Source: Candidatus Hydrogenedentota bacterium
GTDB lineage: Bacteria; Hydrogenedentota; Hydrogenedentia; Hydrogenedentales; GCA-2746185
DNA: 31,824 nt
Direction of reading: 5' to 3'
Assembly (NCBI GenBank): GCA_046583315.1
Contig: JAYGCN010000190.1
Location: 1-31,824, forward strand
Position numbers and translations under genes: made by a program. Below, one piece after another: positions 29,101 to 31,824 of the stretch; the first letter of the stretch is position 1, and every line of letters starts with the position of its first letter. The notes beneath the pieces were generated by a model. The model worked only from the letters and a program-made list of their open reading frames with translations, searched no databases and was not told where the DNA came from.

Positions 29101-30255
29101 ATCCGCGCCAAACACTTCGCACAGGCCACCGAACTCAGCCACATCACCCGTAGCCGTACCCGTACCGTGCGCCTCAACCAAACCAACCGTCGAAGCGGCA
29201 TACCCCGCATCCGCATACGCACGCCGCAACGCTTTCGCCTGACCCTGAGACCGCGGCGCATAGATACTCTTGAACTTTCCGTCGCTTGACGAGCCAATGC
29301 CTTTAATGGTTGCGTATATGCGATCGCCATCCCGTACCGCATCGGGAAGACGCTTCAGCGCGACCATCCCGATGCCTTCACCTATCATCATGCCCTGCGA
29401 CTCAGCATCGAAAGGTTTAATGAACTCATCCTGCGTAAACGCCGGTGTCTTACTAAAACTCATGTACATAAAGATCGAGTTGTCCGTGCAGGCACCCCCC
29501 GTAATCATCAGGTCACTATGCCCCTCAAGCAACTCCGAGACAGCCAGCTTAATCGCGCTCAACGAACTCGCACACGCCGCATCCACAACCGAGTTCATTC
29601 CACCAAGGTTAAAGCGATTCGCGATTCGCCCGGCAATCACATTGCCCAAAAGCCCCGGGAATGAATTCTCTTCCCATGCCACGTAATTTGCTTTGTATTT
29701 TTCAATCACCCGCGCGATTTCAGCTTCCGGCACCCCACTGGAGCGCAGGATTCGTTCAATCACAGGATATTGCAAACGCGCCGTAAGCGAAGCACTCAGC
29801 TTCTGCCCGCCGCCAATTCCCAGCACACAACCAATGCGATCACGGTCATACGATGAATCCTCGGATATTCCCGCGTCTTCCAGAACATCCTTCGCCACAA
29901 CGAGACCAAGTAACTGACCTGCATCGGTGACTTCCAAAATGTTCGGCGGAAGACCGTATTCCATCGGGTTAAAATCAATCTCAGGAAGAAATGCGCCGCG
30001 CTTGCAATACGTTTTATCCAGTACCGTCGGGTCAGCATCATAATAGTCATCAATATTCCATCGACTCGCAGGCACATCCACGATACTGTTCACACGCCCC
30101 GTGATGTTACCCCAATACTGGTCCAGAGCCTTCGCGTCCGGCATCAGACTCGCCATCCCGACAATCGCGATGGGTGTCTCGCGGATTCGTGAGTGAATCG
30201 TTGAAGATCTGGTTCCGTTGGTATTGCTGGTGCTTCCGTTCGTGTCATTACTCAT
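23134..30255 (-). CDS. pfaA: PUFA synthase-like subunit PfaA: KS-MAT-4xACP-KR-DH
   Basis: KS VDAACASS (Cys at 29572-29574), EAHGTGT, QIGHLKAAAG. MAT FSGQGSQY, VAGHSFGE, VSAAFH. Four LGIDSIKRVEIL ACPs. KR LVSGGAKGVT and GNPAQSDYSIANE. PKS-type DH FLEDHRIEGNPVLP. PfaA-type N-terminal motif IDFNPMEYGLPPNILEVTD. Confidence 0.95.
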   Translation of the reverse strand: MSNDTNGSTSNTNGTRSSTIHSRIRETPIAIVGMASLMPDAKALDQYWGNITGRVNSIVDVPASRWNIDDYYDADPTVLDKTYCKRGAFLPEIDFNPMEYGLPPNILEVTDAGQLLGLVVAKDVLEDAGISEDSSYDRDRIGCVLGIGGGQKLSASLTARLQYPVIERILRSSGVPEAEIARVIEKYKANYVAWEENSFPGLLGNVIAGRIANRFNLGGMNSVVDAACASSLSAIKLAVSELLEGHSDLMITGGACTDNSIFMYMSFSKTPAFTQDEFIKPFDAESQGMMIGEGIGMVALKRLPDAVRDGDRIYATIKGIGSSSDGKFKSIYAPRSQGQAKALRRAYADAGYAASTVGLVEAHGTGTATGDVAEFGGLCEVFGADNERKQHVALGSVKSQIGHLKAAAGAAGLIKAALALHHKVLPATLSVKLPNPKLNIEESPFYLNTETRPWVTAEDGSPRRASVSAFGFGGTNFHVAMEEYTPSQEGAYRLNAVPQPSLLVAANRTQLTTACRDALSALETGDALKCYGEFLTATALRKISDDQPRLGFVSSSREDAIALLNRALEGLEKNGGSEPWETPDGIFFRSEALEHDGAVVALFSGQGSQYVGMGSELACNFPTYLDSLNQMDSQFTQSGQARLSDRVFPVPVFAAESHKANESALQQTQFAQPGIGTFSAGTYKILSAAGFKPDFVAGHSFGELTALWAAGVFGEADYYRLAKARGEAMSAPDDPDFDAGTMSAIVGEVSGLADYLKDFPDVVIANYNSKTQVVIAGPKDAIAAANAHLKEKGYKAIPLPVSAAFHTSLVSHAQAPFAESIDAVEFKKASIPVFSNSSGKEYKNTVKDIRDTLKEHILNSVRFTDQLENIHDAGGRIFVEFGPKKVLAPMVGNVLADKPHLAISINPNPKKNSDAQLRSAAVQLAVAGIPLSNLDPFVAEKPIYNTLKTSPLKIELSAANYLSDKFIENRDAILDDGFKLSSATPKVVVQEVPATASGNGTAQSASAPVSSAPAPSGDLDQSLALFYQHERETLKIHEKYLETPKQYSETFHTLMETQLSVLKENPDSAMPDGVERSMMNFHENQAETLKIHEQFLAQQAETTRSTLNLLKEHHSLLTGGPVSAPIAAPVVATKPVPVTPAPVTPSTPEPIPVVVAAPVAAATPAPVMDSGKLKATMLNVVAEKTGYPADMLELEMDMEADLGIDSIKRVEILGAVQEEHPGLPELEADVMSELRTLGEIVSYMESQIASAAPVVAAVPASDSSSAEIEKTMLSVVAEKTGYPADMLELNMDMEADLGIDSIKRVEILGAVQEEHPGLPELEADVMSELRTLGEIVDYLKARIASAAPSASAVVAAPVASGLDADAIRATMMSVVAEKTGYPADMLELSMDMEADLGIDSIKRVEILGAVQEEFPGLPELEADVMSELRTLGEIVDYMNAQVAQAAPTAAAGVVAVAPVSTGLDVEGLTKAMIRVVAEKTGYPEDMLELSMDMEADLGIDSIKRVEILGAVQEEYPELPEVEADVLAAQKTLDEIIQCFLQTTTASTSSAAEKSIIAVVESLEGSNRVSRSGVIREFIPQPDCLVQSVPESGSCVITDDGTALTTALAKSLSEQGWNVGVLSYPASVSASTKKFSDNITRIKLKNLDEATLSDALDSITAKSGAPARFIHLDPHCDDTEKAKAVLRSTFLIAKLLRDPLNDAPADARCAFVTVARLDGQLGYGGGAFDTVSGGLLGLTKTVNLEWPDVFCRAIDIEPGFDTKEAAARILAECADPNCVISEVGIGESGRVTLVPYDDVVDGTPGASTIDDSSVFLVSGGAKGVTAECVVKLAATSGGTYILLGRSALDAVPSWAEGLEDETALKMAGMEQLKASGEKPTPVKVKEFIRPVLSTREIESVLARIKAAGGHAHYLSCDVSDEAGIRSGIAELTPEAGAVTGIIHGAGVLADKLIENKTGEDFDWVYAPKVDGLIALLACVDPAQLTHLSLFSSAAGFFGNPAQSDYSIANEILNKSALNFKARYPKCHVTSFNWGPWDGGMVTPDLKKLFAARGIDVIPLEEGTDLFVNDLTNSTNASTQILVGSSMEFDNDGDKSTLQHYHVTRELSVHQNPFLEDHRIEGNPVLPMAGVMSWMGSSCEGLLPAYRFFSLDGMKMFKGIVFQNGNIEHYHLEITETEKDAEHVALDVVLWSDPAGERVNHYSAAVTLVKGKPEIPVYGHFDEVEIDGVHGPDYYENGTLFHGPLFQVIDRGLNATTDKLTLKCTASEPSVVQQGQFPIATQHLYATDAKFQALLVWARQFKEAGALPTSFGRCEHYREIPSGATFYLSLDISEATNTRVNGTITLHDADGRIYSRLIDAETTISKNLNFAASVS
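25630..26750 (-). repeat. Four tandem ACP-coding repeats inside pfaA (period about 285-303 bp)
   Basis: VVAEKTGYPxDMLELxMDMEADLGIDSIKRVEILGAVQEExPxLPExEADV occurs four times with Ala/Pro/Val linkers. Phosphopantetheine Ser codons are near 26639, 26354, 26057 and 25754. Confidence 0.92.
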
Positions 30256-30307
30256 CGAAAAAGATTCCTAACTGCCTATGATTTAGGTAAGAATTACTGT
30301 TTATGAT

Positions 30308-31324
30308 TTAATGATTCGTCGAGCCCTTCGGCGCGGTCTTGGAGCGGCCCGAAGACGCGAAAAATGTTTTGCTGTTGCCTTGTTCGCTTACGAAGCCGTT
30401 GAACAAGACTTCCAGAATCGTTGGAATTTCATTGCGAAGTGGGTACTCCATGCCCGATTGAAACCACTTGCGCACGACCCCATCGACGAATCCGAATATT
30501 CCGTATACGACCGTGTGAAAACTGATCGCCTTCAGCTGTTTGTCGCTGTCCATGGAGACCACGCGTTCCTTGATCATCGGGAGACTCGATATGAGTGATT
30601 CGTAGAAAACCGTTTGGGTTCCGCCGCGCAACGTCGTGCCTTCGGCCTGGATGAGTCGATAAATCGCGTGGTTCTCTTCGATGAACGCGATCCATTCCTC
30701 TACGAACACCTCGATTTGTTTAAGTACATCGTCCGATTCAGAAAATACGCCCAAGAATCGTTTCGCAATCTCCACGCGAGTTTCCGCCAGCAATTGTTCA
30801 AATAGATCTTCCTTGCTCGCGAAGTAACGATAAAGCGTTCCTTTCGCCACGCTCGATACGCCTGCAATTTCTTCCATCGTCGCTTCATAGAATCCCCGTT
30901 GCGTGAATACTTCCAGCGCTGCATCCAGAATGGCGCGGCGTTTACGATCCGCCTCCTCCTCGCGCAAGACCTCGGGGGTTTCGGGGACGTTCCACTGCGA
31001 AAGCATTTGCTGCATCACCGATGGATTAAGCGAGACTTCATCCAAACCGTGTTTCGTGGATTCATCGATGGCGACTTCAAAAAGTCGAGGCGTCACCGAC
31101 CCCATTCCCTTGTCTTCCAAATAACCCAACACATGATCCAGATAAGCCGAAAGCCACGAAGCCGCCGCCTGCTTTTCGGTCCGCTCCTCTAACGAGTCGG
31201 ATATGAATTTTCGAAACTTCGCCTCATGCAACTCGCCGTCCGGAGAAAAATATCCGCCCAATTCCGCGTAAAGCGATATCTGACGTCCACCGGATCGGAC
31301 GTGGGCCATAACTTCATTTTTCAT
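30308..31324 (-). CDS. TetR/AcrR family transcriptional regulator with a long N-terminal extension
   Basis: AAGGGGA RBS before ATG 31324. The HTH (KRRAILDAALEVFTQRGFYEATMEEIAGVSSVAKGTLYRYFASKEDLF) starts only about 125 aa in and is followed by a helical ligand-binding domain. Confidence 0.9.
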   Translation of the reverse strand: MKNEVMAHVRSGGRQISLYAELGGYFSPDGELHEAKFRKFISDSLEERTEKQAAASWLSAYLDHVLGYLEDKGMGSVTPRLFEVAIDESTKHGLDEVSLNPSVMQQMLSQWNVPETPEVLREEEADRKRRAILDAALEVFTQRGFYEATMEEIAGVSSVAKGTLYRYFASKEDLFEQLLAETRVEIAKRFLGVFSESDDVLKQIEVFVEEWIAFIEENHAIYRLIQAEGTTLRGGTQTVFYESLISSLPMIKERVVSMDSDKQLKAISFHTVVYGIFGFVDGVVRKWFQSGMEYPLRNEIPTILEVLFNGFVSEQGNSKTFFASSGRSKTAPKGSTNH

Positions 31325-31369
31325 GTAGTTCCCCTTAAATTTAGTGGCTAAGCAAGAGCAATAAAAGGC

Positions 31370-31391
31370 TATGACTGACCAGTCAGTCATA
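31370..31391. promoter_or_regulatory. Perfect palindrome, probable TetR operator
   Basis: TATGACTGAC-CA-GTCAGTCATA has 10-bp perfect inverted arms with a 2-bp centre. It lies 45 bp upstream of the tetR start and directly downstream of a candidate -10 box. Confidence 0.8.
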
Positions 31392-31392
31392 C

Positions 31393-31422
31393 ACTATATA
31401 GGCATAATCTACCCTAATTCAA
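31393..31422 (-). promoter_or_regulatory. Putative sigma70 promoter of the tetR-pfaA-pfaBC operon
   Basis: On the minus strand, TTGAAT (31422-31417), 18-bp spacer, TATAGT (31398-31393). The predicted +1 would fall inside the palindrome. Confidence 0.55.
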
Positions 31423-31627
31423 GTCATTTGGCAAATTTCTAGAGATTTATCGAGCTCGGTTATGAATACCCAATATAAGCTGTAAACCCGTTGAGGATAG
31501 GGGATTGGAGCCAATCGAGCAAAGCGTTTCGATAGTTCGCTGCAATGGAAACTATTGCGAACAAACCTTTCTTCTCTCTACGGGATGAAGAGTTTTGTCG
31601 AGAAATCTCCGGGTGAATCGCGCGGAG

Positions 31628-31824
31628 TTATTCCTTGACCCAGTTTGGCTTACGTTTTTCCCGAAATGAGGCCATACCCTCAGCACCTTCGTCGGATGCA
31701 AAGAGTGAAGCACTCCAGGGAGCCGTCTCGGCGAAACCCTCTTCACGCGAAAGCAGCGGCACGCGTCTCACCAGCTTCTTTGCTTCACGAATTGCGATAG
31801 GACCGCCCAGACAAATCATGTCGA
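31628..31824 (-). CDS. Enoyl-CoA hydratase/crotonase family protein, C-terminal part (5'-truncated by the window edge)
   Basis: GGPIAIREAKKLV...FASDEGAEGMASFREKRKPNW is the typical crotonase C-terminal signature. TAA stop at 31628-31630. Confidence 0.85.
   Translation of the reverse strand, partial: DMICLGGPIAIREAKKLVRRVPLLSREEGFAETAPWSASLFASDEGAEGMASFREKRKPNWVKE

Noticed and set aside
31325..31390. Upstream ATG at 31390 as the tetR start
   Set aside because: It lies inside the operator palindrome at about the predicted +1, whereas ATG 31324 has a clear RBS.
31503..31562. Inverted repeats after the crotonase gene (GATTGG-AG-CCAATC; GTTCGC..GCAAT/ATTGCGAAC)
   Set aside because: Short or bulged stems with no clear U-tract, so they cannot be called a terminator or an operator.

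Overview
Bacterial genomic window, about 55% GC by eye. The gene mix (DUF1800/DUF1501, PQQ-like beta-propeller, DNRLRE protein, outer-membrane RND channel) points to a diderm of the Planctomycetota/Hydrogenedentota type, which is inference only. Left arm (+ strand): a Fes-like esterase broken by an in-frame TGA, a periplasmic PQQ alcohol dehydrogenase with the lanthanide-type DxDGVNE motif, a doubly frameshifted membrane-protein gene, a DUF4136-like lipoprotein, a tripartite RND efflux operon and a DUF1800-DUF1501 pair. Right arm (- strand): the end of an enoyl-CoA hydratase gene, then an apparent operon of an unusually long TetR regulator with a perfect palindromic operator, pfaA (KS-MAT-4xACP-KR-DH) and a fused pfaB/C-type gene (KS-CLF-AT-DH'-DH-DH'-DH), followed by a PQQ-like beta-propeller and a DNRLRE protein. 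The main highlight is this two-gene PUFA-synthase-like cluster, which has no adjacent enoyl reductase (pfaD) or PPTase (pfaE) and appears to be controlled by a TetR carrying an unexplained ~120-aa N-terminal domain. No rRNA, tRNA, CRISPR array or mobile element was recognised. All calls come from reading motifs by eye, with no database searches.
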